Of a stretch of DNA of 46,505 nucleotides, positions 1 through 8,901 are shown one piece after another. The notes under the pieces were generated by a model. The model searched no databases. It saw nothing but the letters and a program-made list of their open reading frames with translations, and was not told the origin of the DNA. Origin of the DNA: Minisyncoccota bacterium (GTDB lineage: Bacteria > Patescibacteriota > Minisyncoccia > Phycocordibacterales > UBA918); the NCBI GenBank assembly GCA_021129515.1, contig JAJOLD010000001.1, positions 1 through 46,505 on the forward strand, given 5' to 3'. How positions within the stretch are numbered: position 1 is the first letter of the stretch; the number at the start of each line of letters is the position of its first letter. The position numbers and the translations under genes were made by a program.

Positions 1-491
1 AAAACATGCTTGCTGTGGTTGTAGAAGCTATGAAGGAGATGTGGGAGGTTGTGACTGGCAACCAAGAAAAGATTGAGACCCTTGAAGGTCGTATAGAGGC
101 ACTGGAAGCCGCACTCGATGTTGAACCTCCTGAGTCAGACGACCAGGAAGACAATGAAGAAAGCGAAGAGGAGACTAATTCAGAAACCGAAACAGATGAT
201 GGTGGGGAAGAAAATACTGCAACAACTCCTGACGAAGTAGTGAACGAAGAAGAAAGTGCCGGCTCTGACGTATCAGAAGAAGATTCAGAGCAAGAAACTG
301 AAGACACTGAATCTGAGACTATTGAAGAAAATGAAGAAGATGCCGCAGAGGAAGAGTCTGAAGCAGATGAGGCGGAATCAGAAGCTGAAGAAATCGAGGA
401 GGAAGTAATTGCGGATGATTCTGAAGAGATTGAAGAAGGCGCAATAGAATCTGACGATGTTGAAACTGAAGAAGGGGAGTCAGAAGAGTAA
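1..491 (+). CDS. C-terminal part of a protein with a coiled coil and a very acidic tail (resembles the region after an S74/intramolecular-chaperone tail-fibre domain); probably truncated by the window edge
   Basis: The frame is open to the left edge. 'LAVVVEAMKEMW...IETLEGRIEALEAAL' looks like a coiled coil and is followed by ~120 Glu/Asp-rich residues. Confidence 0.6.
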   Translation, partial: NMLAVVVEAMKEMWEVVTGNQEKIETLEGRIEALEAALDVEPPESDDQEDNEESEEETNSETETDDGGEENTATTPDEVVNEEESAGSDVSEEDSEQETEDTESETIEENEEDAAEEESEADEAESEAEEIEEEVIADDSEEIEEGAIESDDVETEEGESEE

Positions 492-505
492 AAATATATA
501 GGTCA

Positions 506-538
506 CCAAGTGTCCTAGGGGACCCCTAGGACACTTGG
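506..538. repeat. REP-like perfect palindrome, left flank of the RAYT
   Basis: ccaagtgtcctagggg-a-cccctaggacacttgg: 16-bp perfect arms with a 1-nt centre. Confidence 0.9.
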
Positions 539-565
539 AAAATTTAATACTCTGCAAGAAAAAAT

Positions 566-1222
566 ATGCAGCGTAGTATTACATTTGAACCAGGTGAGTT
601 TTATCACATTTATAATAGAGGCATAGATAAGCGTAAGATATTTTTTAGTGCGGGCGACTGGACACATTTTCAAAGATTGATGTGGGTACGAAACATAGAA
701 AATGTACACGTAAGAGCAGATAGATTAAAAAGCTTCGATGAAAAACTAAATGCATCAAAATCTACATATGTAGATATTTGTGCATATGCACTCATGGATA
801 ACCACTTTCATTTTTTGCTCAAGGAAAAGAAAGAGGGAGGTATAAGTAAGTTTATGGGTAAATTACTTACTTCATACTCGATGTATATGAATAAGAAATA
901 TGACCGAAGCGGTCCGCTTATGTGTAGGTCATTCAGGGCAAAACATATAGACACAGATGAATATTTACGATGGGTTCTTACCTATATACATCTTAATCCA
1001 GTAGGGAAATTGGAGTCAGATTTTGAAAAAGCAGGGATTAAACATGAAAAGGAGGCAATTAAATTTTTGTATGAATATAAGTTTACAAGCTATGCCGATT
1101 ATTGTATTGAGGAGAGAGACGCCAGTATGATACTGAACCAATCAGTATTACCGATAGAAACCGACTTGATGTGTGATATGGAATACTTGTTCACGACACT
1201 AAAAAACAACCTAATGTCCTAG
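566..1222 (+). mobile_element. REP-associated tyrosine transposase (RAYT / TnpA-REP, HUH Y1 family)
   Basis: Motifs YHIYNRG, YALMDNHFHFLL (HUH), SYSMYMNKKY and YIHLNP (catalytic Tyr region). Visibly more AT-rich than its neighbours and flanked by related palindromes. Confidence 0.9.
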
Positions 1223-1246
1223 GGGTCCCCTAGGACATTAGGTTGT
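1206..1246. repeat. REP-like perfect palindrome, right flank of the RAYT
   Basis: acaacctaatgtcctagggg-t-cccctaggacattaggttgt: 20-bp perfect arms. It has the same 23-nt core as 511-533 in inverted orientation and contains the RAYT stop codon. Confidence 0.9.
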
Positions 1247-1248
1247 AG

Positions 1249-1869
1249 TTAGGTTTGGGTGCGGTTTTTGAGTGCGTTTTTGATGGTTTCAGGGTCGGCG
1301 TATTCGAGTTCGGAGCCGGTTGAGAGTCCTCGTCCGAGTATGGCAATGGTGAGATTGTGCTCAGTAATGATGTTTTTGAGAAGTGCTTCTACGTATCGTC
1401 CAGTATTTTCACCATCTGGATTTACTGAAAAGCCAAGAATGAGTTCTGAAAGCCCTTCTGAGACACGCTGTGTTACCAAGTGTTTAAGTGCATCTCCGCG
1501 TACCTTGCTTGTACTCTCTTCATTCAGGAGTGGTACGGTGCCTCCAAGTATGAAATAGAAACCATTGTATACACCGCCGCGTTCAATGGCTTGCATATCG
1601 GTATCGTGTTCCACAATCATGAGCTTGCTATGGTCACGCGTGGTGTCGCTGCACATGCGGCAGCGGAAGCGGTCACCTTGTGCGGTAAAAAAACAATGAC
1701 ACATTTCACATTCAACAATGCTTGTGTGGATATGTTCTATGAGTTTTGCAAGTTCTTGCGTTTGGTTTGGGTTTTCTGAAAGGAGGTGATATGCAAAACG
1801 CTTTGCCTGCCGAGCACCGATGCCTGGGAAGCGTTCGAAGTGAATGATAAGTTTTTCAAGGGTGGTCAT
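1249..1869 (-). CDS. recR: recombination mediator RecR
   Basis: HhH motif FPGIGARQAKRFAYHLL, C4 zinc finger, TOPRIM region (NPDGENT) and GSELEYAD. Confidence 0.95.
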   Translation of the reverse strand: MTTLEKLIIHFERFPGIGARQAKRFAYHLLSENPNQTQELAKLIEHIHTSIVECEMCHCFFTAQGDRFRCRMCSDTTRDHSKLMIVEHDTDMQAIERGGVYNGFYFILGGTVPLLNEESTSKVRGDALKHLVTQRVSEGLSELILGFSVNPDGENTGRYVEALLKNIITEHNLTIAILGRGLSTGSELEYADPETIKNALKNRTQT

Positions 1870-1900
1870 AGGGTAGTGAGTAGAGAGTAGTCCATCGGGT

Positions 1901-1925
1901 ACTTAATTAGTCGGACTAATTAAGT
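1901..1925. repeat. perfect palindrome, second family, copy 1 (3' end of dnaB)
   Basis: acttaattagtc-g-gactaattaagt; 26 nt (1902-1927) are identical to 3473-3498. Confidence 0.85.
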
Positions 1926-3344
1926 TTAGAAGTCGTCATCTTTGCTTGCTGCAAATGCTGCGTCCATACCGGTATGGTTTTTGTCGAGGTCGACGAAACG
2001 GACGTGCTTTTCATCGAAGTAGAGTTCGGTCATGCCGACAGCACCATTTCGGTGCTTTTCTACCAAAATTTCTGCAATATTTGGACGTTCTGCCTCTTGA
2101 TCCTTGTTCATTTTGTCTTCTCGGTGAATGAACATGACCACGTCAGCATCCTGCTCGATAGAACCTGAATCACGAAGGTCTGAAAGGCGTGGCTTACCAC
2201 CACGTTGCTCAACGGCACGCGAGAGCTGTGAGAGGGCAAGGATTGGTACATCAAGCTCGCGGGCAAGAATCTTCAGGGAGCGAGAAATCTCGGTAATTTG
2301 TTGCACCATGGAGTCGCTGGCTTTGGTTGCCGTAGGATTCATGAGTTGGAGGTAGTCGACGACGAGGAAATCAAGACCATGTTCGTTTTTAAGTCGTCGT
2401 GCAGAAGAGCGCATTTTAAGAATATTTGCACCTGGCTGGTCATCGATAAAGATGGATGCGTCAGAGAGCTTGCCCATTGCACCTTGTACTGCTTCATATT
2501 CCTCATCGCTTCTAAGGTTTCCGGTGCGAAGCTTCCAAGCATCAACACCTGCTTCTGCGGCGAGCATTCTATCGACAAGCTGTTGATCACTCATTTCGAG
2601 TGAGAAGAATCCAACGCTAGCCCCATGTCTGAGAGAGGCATTGCGGACTATGTCGAGGGCAAAGGTTGTTTTTCCCATACTGGGACGCGCGGCAAGGATA
2701 ATGAGGTCTGATTTTTGGAAGCCAGCAAGGAGGTCGTCGAGTCCATGAAACCCACTCTGTACACCACGTATTTCATGGTCGGTAGAGTTGAGCATTTCAA
2801 ACCGCTCCCACGCTTCGGTTAATGAGCTTCCGATAGGGGTGAATTTTTGTGCGGTGGGCGCGTTGGTGACGTGATAAATCTTTTTCTCTGCAACGTCCAT
2901 TGCTTCTTCTACGTTTTCAGGATCTGAATAGCCGAGTTCTGCAATTTCATCGGCTGCATAGATGAGTCCACGAAGTGTTGATTTATGTTGTACGAGTTCA
3001 GCATAATATGCCGCGTTACTTGCCGCCGGGACGGTTTCAACGAGCTCAGTGATATAACTTGCACCACCAACGCGATCAAGAAGATCACGTTTTTTGAGCT
3101 TGGTGGTAATAGAGAGTATGTCGATGGGGTCACCCTTGGTGTGGGTATCGAGAATGGCACGATAGATTTCGCGATGACCATCGGTGTAGAAGGATTCGGG
3201 GTAGACGGAGACAGAAACATCGTGCATTGCCTCAGGCTTGAGGATGATTGCACCAAGGAGTGCTCGTTCAGCATCAATGTTGTGTGGTGGCGTGCGCATA
3301 GCCTTGTGCATCACCGGAGATTTTGCTGCAGTCGTGGTAGTCAT
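1926..3344 (-). CDS. dnaB: replicative DNA helicase
   Basis: PPHNIDAERALLGAI, Walker A AARPSMGKT, DYLQL, SQLSR and LSDLRDSGSIEQDAD. Confidence 0.97.
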   Translation of the reverse strand: MTTTTAAKSPVMHKAMRTPPHNIDAERALLGAIILKPEAMHDVSVSVYPESFYTDGHREIYRAILDTHTKGDPIDILSITTKLKKRDLLDRVGGASYITELVETVPAASNAAYYAELVQHKSTLRGLIYAADEIAELGYSDPENVEEAMDVAEKKIYHVTNAPTAQKFTPIGSSLTEAWERFEMLNSTDHEIRGVQSGFHGLDDLLAGFQKSDLIILAARPSMGKTTFALDIVRNASLRHGASVGFFSLEMSDQQLVDRMLAAEAGVDAWKLRTGNLRSDEEYEAVQGAMGKLSDASIFIDDQPGANILKMRSSARRLKNEHGLDFLVVDYLQLMNPTATKASDSMVQQITEISRSLKILARELDVPILALSQLSRAVEQRGGKPRLSDLRDSGSIEQDADVVMFIHREDKMNKDQEAERPNIAEILVEKHRNGAVGMTELYFDEKHVRFVDLDKNHTGMDAAFAASKDDDF

Positions 3345-3472
3345 GTATGGGCTATTGTATCACGCAAATGAGTTGTGATGAATTGTGCTAAAAAATGGCT
3401 TATTTCGGTTGAGTATCCACTGGATATCCTCGGTGTGTGATGTGTGTGCTCATGAATATAATGCCGCAACAG

Positions 3473-3495
3473 CTTAATTAGTCGGACTAATTAAG
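3473..3495. repeat. perfect palindrome, second family, copy 2 (overlaps the cysS stop codon)
   Basis: cttaattagtc-g-gactaattaag. Confidence 0.85.
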
Positions 3496-4939
3496 TTTTG
3501 GAGATTTTTTGTCCTTGGGGTGTGTCTTCGACGGTATATCCTTTGAGGTTGAGCGCTTCTCGGAGGGTATCGGCTTCTTCCCAGTTGCGGGCAAGTCGTG
3601 CTGCTTCTCGTTGTGTGAGGAGTGTCTGAATTGCTTCAGGAATGTCAGTGTCTTCGAGGACGCCGAGCTCTCGGATGACGGTATCGGGTGTATCATTGAG
3701 GCCAAGGGCGAGTACGGAATCAATCTCTTTGAGTGTTGCTACTTTTGCACCGGGTGTGAGTGATTTGTCTTTGACAATTTCCCACATAATCGCAATTGCT
3801 TGTGGTGTATTGAGGTCGTCGTTTATGGCATGGTGAAATCGGGTGCGGTATGCCTCGTCGACAGCGCCAGCTTCATTTTTGAATTCTTCAAATATGTATC
3901 GCTTGAGTCTATAGAGTGCTTGTTTTGCACCGTCAAGTGCGTCGAAGGTGAAGTTTGCCGGTGACCGGTAGTGACTTTGGAGCAAGAAATACCGGTAACT
4001 CTCTGGACTATAACCTCTATCTGTGAGGTTTTTGAGGGTGATGCCATTTCCTAGTGATTTTGAGATTTTTTGTTCATCAATACTGATGTGCGCGTTGTGC
4101 AGCCAGTATTGTACGTATGTTTTACCGGTAATGGCTTCTGCTTGTGCTATTTCGCCATTGTGATGGGTGTGTTTGAGGTCTTCACCACCTGTATGAATGT
4201 CAATTTGTTTACCAAGTGTGGCAAATGCCATAGCAGTACACTCGATGTGCCAACCAGGGAAGCCTTTGCCCCAATCACTTTCCCAGCCAAGGAGTCCTTT
4301 TTTCCAAAGGGCAAAGTCGGCAGGATGCTTTTTCTCAGGATTGACTTCGACACGAGCACCTTCTTTTATTTTTGCGATATCGACATTGCCAATCTGTCCA
4401 TAGGTGGGGAATTTTGTAACGTCAAAATAGACGCCATCGCTAATTTCGTAAGCGTAGCCTTTTTCGACAAGGGTTTTGATGAGCTCGATTTGCTCCCCAA
4501 CATATTCGCTTGCTGGTGCATAGGTGGTTGGTGGTGTGTTGCGAAATGCTCGCGTGTCTTCTTTGAATGACGTGATATAGATTTCAGCAAGCTCGCGCAT
4601 CGCGGTAAGGGTTACTGGTTTGCCTTCACGGTGAAGTGCACGCATCATTTTATCCTCACCAGCATCACCATCATCTGAAAGGTGTCCAAAATCGGTGAAA
4701 TTGATGGTGTGCTTCACGGTATAGCCGTTGTAGGTGAGTGTTGCTTTAACGATATCTGCCAATAAGAATGCACGGAGATTACCGATATGGATATGGTCAT
4801 AGACGGTTGGTCCACATGAATACATAGTTGCAACACCGGGTTTCAGTGATGTGAATTGCAGTTTCTCACCAGTGAGTGAGTCTGAGAAATATATTGGTTG
4901 GGCTGCGGTTTCTTCTTTTTTCTTTAATATGCCAAACAT
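3491..4939 (-). CDS. cysS: cysteine--tRNA ligase
   Basis: CGPTVYD..HIGN (HIGH motif), DFALWK, PGWHIEC, HHNGEIAQ and KISKSLGN (KMSKS motif). Confidence 0.97.
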   Translation of the reverse strand: MFGILKKKEETAAQPIYFSDSLTGEKLQFTSLKPGVATMYSCGPTVYDHIHIGNLRAFLLADIVKATLTYNGYTVKHTINFTDFGHLSDDGDAGEDKMMRALHREGKPVTLTAMRELAEIYITSFKEDTRAFRNTPPTTYAPASEYVGEQIELIKTLVEKGYAYEISDGVYFDVTKFPTYGQIGNVDIAKIKEGARVEVNPEKKHPADFALWKKGLLGWESDWGKGFPGWHIECTAMAFATLGKQIDIHTGGEDLKHTHHNGEIAQAEAITGKTYVQYWLHNAHISIDEQKISKSLGNGITLKNLTDRGYSPESYRYFLLQSHYRSPANFTFDALDGAKQALYRLKRYIFEEFKNEAGAVDEAYRTRFHHAINDDLNTPQAIAIMWEIVKDKSLTPGAKVATLKEIDSVLALGLNDTPDTVIRELGVLEDTDIPEAIQTLLTQREAARLARNWEEADTLREALNLKGYTVEDTPQGQKISKT

Positions 4940-5009
4940 GGTTTAGGTAGCGTAGTTACGAATCAATAGTGGGGAATGCGGTTGTGGCATGGGTATATAT
5001 GCCACACGC

Positions 5010-5054
5010 TTAGTGGCAGCAGGGGATATGCGGTGTATGTGCAAATATATGCAT
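5010..5054 (-). promoter_or_regulatory. putative cysS leader peptide MHIFAHTPHIPCCH (attenuator uORF)
   Basis: A 14-codon ORF with tandem TGC-TGC ends 70 nt upstream of cysS and overlaps one of two mutually exclusive hairpins. An extended -10 TGaTACACT lies at 5072-5080 on the minus strand. Confidence 0.6.
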
Positions 5055-5080
5055 ATGCAGTTAATGTGTGTAGTGTATCA

Positions 5081-5117
5081 AAAAGCCGCGGGAACGCATA
5101 GCGTTCCCGCGGCTTTT
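5081..5117 (-). terminator. intrinsic terminator of corA
   Basis: 17-bp perfect inverted repeat aaaagccgcgggaacgc-ata-gcgttcccgcggctttt with A/T tails. Confidence 0.8.
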
Positions 5118-5132
5118 GTCTGCATGTCTTAT

Positions 5133-6044
5133 TTATAGCCACTTTTTAAACTTAAAGAATCCAAAGAATGTAAAGGCAACCACGGTCATTGCACCAAGGA
5201 TAATCCAGAAGTCTCCATCGGCACCAATGATGGGTGTTGCTTTTGTATTCATGCCGAACATAGAAGAGAAGAGGGTGAGCGGGAAGGTGACAAACGCAAG
5301 AATAGTAAATATCTTCATAATTTCATTCTGTTTGGTGGTTAGGAGGGCAGAATTGGTTTCTTTGAAGTTGTGGAGTGTTTCAAAGAGTGCCATAGTGCGG
5401 CGAATGAGGTGATAGTAGTGCATGTGCACGTCTTGTATTTGGGCGCCGTAACTCTTTTTAAAGACATGCTCAAATAATGGTTTTGCATCCCGAAACACAT
5501 CATCATGGGCTTTGAGTGTTTGTTTGAAGTTGATGAGCTTGCGGTTCATTTCAGAAATATGGAACACCATCTCGCGCTCATTGCCGTCAAAAATCTCGGT
5601 TTCGATGTCGGTCAATCGGGTCTGGATATAATCGAGTTTTGCTGCAGTGGATGCATAGAGTGCGCCGATGAGTGAAAAAAAGAGATCTGCACCGTTGAGG
5701 CGTTTTTTGTTTTTTTTGAGGGCACTTTCGATTTCAAATGCGCTTCTGAATTTGTCGATAGCCTCCATATCTTCATAGCGTATGGTGATGAGGGTGTGTT
5801 GAGAGATGACAAATTTGATTTCGTGTGGATGACGCATGTCGGTGCGACGCACAATCGGGAAGTCCATGGTCATTTTAATGAAACCATCAACCTCTGAAGC
5901 GGTACTGCGCGGTACAGGAGTGACAAAGTCGTTGGCAAGTGTTGGAGGTAGGTTGTAGGTGTCAATAAGCTCACGCACCTCTTCATTGGTGGGTGATTTT
6001 ACATCAACCCAGGTAGTTTTACCTTGAATGTGTGTTTCAATCAT
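5133..6044 (-). CDS. corA: CorA-family Mg2+/Co2+ transporter (start placed at ATG 6044; the ORF track extends to 6158)
   Basis: NEIMKIFTI, the GMN signature (SMFGMN), two C-terminal TM helices and a KKWL end. TGgTAAAAT lies upstream at 6062-6070. Confidence 0.9.
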   Translation of the reverse strand: MIETHIQGKTTWVDVKSPTNEEVRELIDTYNLPPTLANDFVTPVPRSTASEVDGFIKMTMDFPIVRRTDMRHPHEIKFVISQHTLITIRYEDMEAIDKFRSAFEIESALKKNKKRLNGADLFFSLIGALYASTAAKLDYIQTRLTDIETEIFDGNEREMVFHISEMNRKLINFKQTLKAHDDVFRDAKPLFEHVFKKSYGAQIQDVHMHYYHLIRRTMALFETLHNFKETNSALLTTKQNEIMKIFTILAFVTFPLTLFSSMFGMNTKATPIIGADGDFWIILGAMTVVAFTFFGFFKFKKWL

Positions 6045-6125
6045 ACGTTGTAATTTTTGATATTTTACCATGTTGTTGTACGTCAAAAAGTTATTTTTTG
6101 TATAAATAGTGATGAATGTGCGATA

Positions 6126-7433
6126 ATGCAACCATCTATGCATACAACCCACACACAAACACCAGAGACCGGTGATACAAACGCGGAAGCACCGTCAACA
6201 ACACCTACAGAACAACGTGCTGCGCGGTGGTCACTGCTTGGTGTTGGACTTGCTGTGCTCTTTGCCTCAGCAACGTTTTTCTCAGGATTTCATATGGGGT
6301 CAGGTGCGCGACTGGAGGCGAGTATTGGTTCGTGGTTTGTGGGCGCGCATGCAGAAGAATCTTCATCAGAATTGGGTGAATTTTGGAATGTGTGGCAGTT
6401 GTTGGAGGATAAATTTGTCTCAGCAACTACTTCAGACGCACTCACCCATGAGGAAAAGATATGGGGTGCAATCGGCGGATTGGTAGATTCGTATGGTGAT
6501 CCATATACCGTGTATTTGCCACCTGAGGATGCAGAAATGTTTGATGAAGATATCTCAGGAAACTTTAGTGGTGTGGGTATGGAGGTTGGTATTCGTGATG
6601 ATGTACTGACGGTTATTGCGCCACTTCCTGATACACCTGCCGAACAGGCAGGACTCCATGCTGGTGATCGGATTGTGAAGATTGATGACACTACTACAGA
6701 CGGTATGAGTATTGATGCAGCGGTGCGACTTATTCGTGGTGCGCGTGGTACGGATGTGGTCCTCACCATTTATCGAAAAGGAGATGCTGAATTTACAGAA
6801 ATTACCGTCACTCGTGACACTATTACTATCCCAACGATTAAGACAGAAACACGAGAGGGGGTATTTATTATCTCGCTCTATAGTTTTAATGCGCTTGCTG
6901 ACAGTGAGATGCAGCGTGCGCTTCGCGATTTTGTACGGAGCGATGCAACCAAGCTCGTGCTTGATGTGCGCGGTAATCCGGGCGGATTTTTGCAGAGCGC
7001 GGTGTCCATTGCGAGTTATTTCTTGTCAACGGGTACGGTAGTGGTGCGCGAGAGCTTTGGTGAAGGACTTCGCGAAGATGTCTATCGCAGCAATGGTCGT
7101 GTATTGGGTTCATTTGCGCCTGAAGCAATGGTGGTCTTGATTGATGGTGGGTCTGCGTCTGCATCTGAGATTCTTGCGGGTGCACTCAGTGAACATGGTG
7201 TTGCGACACTTATTGGCGCACAAACCTTTGGTAAAGGGTCAGTGCAAGAATTGGTAGAGTTGAAGGATGGTTCGTCACTTAAAGTGACAGTAGCGCGGTG
7301 GCTGACCCCTGAGGGTGTTTCTATTTCAGAAGCGGGATTGACCCCAGACATCGAGGTGGAGCGAACTCCTGATGATCGTATGAACGACATCGACCCACAG
7401 CTTGATGAAGCTATTAATTTCCTCAACCGATAG
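6126..7433 (+). CDS. S41 family C-terminal processing protease (CtpA-like) with N-terminal TM and PDZ domain
   Basis: DPYTVY, FSGVGMEV (PDZ), LDVRGNPGG, SASASEILAG and TFGKGSVQ. The exact start is uncertain (6126 or 6138). Confidence 0.93.
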   Translation: MQPSMHTTHTQTPETGDTNAEAPSTTPTEQRAARWSLLGVGLAVLFASATFFSGFHMGSGARLEASIGSWFVGAHAEESSSELGEFWNVWQLLEDKFVSATTSDALTHEEKIWGAIGGLVDSYGDPYTVYLPPEDAEMFDEDISGNFSGVGMEVGIRDDVLTVIAPLPDTPAEQAGLHAGDRIVKIDDTTTDGMSIDAAVRLIRGARGTDVVLTIYRKGDAEFTEITVTRDTITIPTIKTETREGVFIISLYSFNALADSEMQRALRDFVRSDATKLVLDVRGNPGGFLQSAVSIASYFLSTGTVVVRESFGEGLREDVYRSNGRVLGSFAPEAMVVLIDGGSASASEILAGALSEHGVATLIGAQTFGKGSVQELVELKDGSSLKVTVARWLTPEGVSISEAGLTPDIEVERTPDDRMNDIDPQLDEAINFLNR

Positions 7434-7538
7434 TCTGGTAATGGATGTGCGCAGTACAATGCTTCTGCGCTGCATGTTGGACTCTAGCTCGTTCTTTGGT
7501 ATGATATCGCGAACTGAAGCGTTAATTTAATTGAAACT

Positions 7539-7979
7539 ATGAAAGTAATTCTGTTACAAAATGTGGCCCGTATTGGTCAAAAATTTGAAGTAAAGGATGT
7601 GCCTGATGGGCATGCGCTCAATTTTTTGATTCCACGGAAGCTGGCCGAACCAGCAACCGCACACAGTCTTCGCCGTCTCCAAAAAAAGGCTGATAAAACT
7701 GCTGCTGATACCGCAACTGCGGATGCTGCCTTTACGGCGTTGCTTGAAACGCTTGGTGGGGAGTCGGTATCACTTGCGGTCGAGGCAAACGAACAAGGAC
7801 ACCTATTTAAGGGTATTAAGGCAGAGGATATTGCTGCACATATGGCGACCTTGGGACATGCGGTAGCTGCAACTGCGATTGTGCTTGATACACCAATTAA
7901 AGAGGTGGGTGCGCATGACATTACATTGACACACGGAGCGCATACGGGAGTCTTTACCCTTACGGTAACTAAGAAATAA
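7539..7979 (+). CDS. rplI: 50S ribosomal protein L9
   Basis: MKVILLQNVARIGQKFEVKDVPDGHALNFLIPRKLA, GHLF and PIKEVG. Confidence 0.95.
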   Translation: MKVILLQNVARIGQKFEVKDVPDGHALNFLIPRKLAEPATAHSLRRLQKKADKTAADTATADAAFTALLETLGGESVSLAVEANEQGHLFKGIKAEDIAAHMATLGHAVAATAIVLDTPIKEVGAHDITLTHGAHTGVFTLTVTKK

Positions 7980-7981
7980 GT

Positions 7982-8680
7982 ATGGCAAGTAACACACAGG
8001 TGGTAATGGTAATTGTAGTCTCTGCTGTATTGATTGGACTCTTGGGCTGGTGGATTGATTTTCGTGCACAGCCAGCAGAAGTGGTCCTTGAAGGACATGA
8101 GATGCTTGATGGACCATTGGTCCCTGAAGAATTAGAAATTGCTAACCCTGTAATAACAAACGATATGAACCGTATTGCAACGATGCATACCAACAAAGGC
8201 GACATTGTATTAGAACTTTTTGAAGATATGATGCCAATCACAACTGGTAACTTTATTACACTTGCTGAAGATGGATTCTACAATAACACCAAATTTCACC
8301 GTGTGATTGATGGTTTCATGATTCAAGGTGGTGATCCTAACTCAAAGGGTGACGACACACGCATCTACGGGCAGGGTGGACCTGGATTTACCATTCAAGA
8401 TGAATTTGTGGCTGGTGAGCATCTCTCTAATATGCGCGGTACTATTGCCATGGCAAACACGGGACAGCCAAACTCAGGTGGTAGTCAGTTTTTCATCAAC
8501 ACCGTAGACAATATTGCGCTCGACTTTGACAAGGAGCCGCTCTCCTCAAAGCATCCGGTTTTTGGAAAGGTGATTGAAGGACTTGATGTCGTGGATGCTA
8601 TTTCAGGTGTTGCAACTGCACAGGCTGATGTGCCGGTAGAGCCGGTGGTTATCGAGTCAGTCACGATTGCGGCGCAGTAA
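7982..8680 (+). CDS. cyclophilin-type peptidyl-prolyl isomerase with N-terminal membrane anchor
   Basis: FHRVIDGFMIQGGDP, IAMANTG, SGGSQFFIN and HPVFGKV, preceded by a hydrophobic N-terminus. Confidence 0.95.
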   Translation: MASNTQVVMVIVVSAVLIGLLGWWIDFRAQPAEVVLEGHEMLDGPLVPEELEIANPVITNDMNRIATMHTNKGDIVLELFEDMMPITTGNFITLAEDGFYNNTKFHRVIDGFMIQGGDPNSKGDDTRIYGQGGPGFTIQDEFVAGEHLSNMRGTIAMANTGQPNSGGSQFFINTVDNIALDFDKEPLSSKHPVFGKVIEGLDVVDAISGVATAQADVPVEPVVIESVTIAAQ

Positions 8681-8805
8681 TTTCTTCCAAAAATGAGTGC
8701 ATATGTACTAGCTGGAGATATTTTAGCGACTCAGACCTATATGTCATAGGGCGCTGAAGCAAAAATATTGAAGCTGGTGCAGATGTGCCATTTTTGGAAG
8801 AAATT
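8679..8805. repeat. 127-bp fold-back element with 17-bp perfect terminal inverted repeats (MITE-like or structured RNA)
   Basis: aatttcttccaaaaatg (8679-8695) pairs with catttttggaagaaatt (8789-8805); imperfect pairing continues inward to a 5-nt loop at 8741-8745. Confidence 0.7.
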
Positions 8806-8850
8806 TTTCCAGGAGATTGAGAGTATATAGAATGAGTATTGAGTATGGAA

Positions 8851-8890
8851 TATACGAAAAACCGCCGGCATGCCGGCGGTTTTTCGTATA
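8851..8890. terminator. bidirectional-type terminator: 40-bp perfect palindrome between the convergent cyclophilin and rpmA genes
   Basis: tatacgaaaaaccgccggca|tgccggcggtttttcgtata. Confidence 0.8.
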
Positions 8891-8901
8891 CGTGTACTCG
8901 G

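Noticed and set aside
1-1246. Prophage edge or IS200/IS605 element with TnpB
   Set aside because: No other phage genes and no tnpB; the motifs and symmetric palindromes fit a RAYT.
3345-3470. Replication origin near dnaB (tatcca-c-tggata, DnaA-box-like)
   Set aside because: Only a degenerate match, with no box cluster, AT-rich unwinding region or dnaA.
4940-5080. T-box riboswitch upstream of cysS
   Set aside because: The leader is too short, with no recognisable T-box sequence or U-tailed terminator; the uORF model fits better.
8693-8830. Short reading frame resembling a kinase start (GAEAKILK)
   Set aside because: It is preceded by an in-frame stop, is very short and lies within the fold-back element; likely chance.
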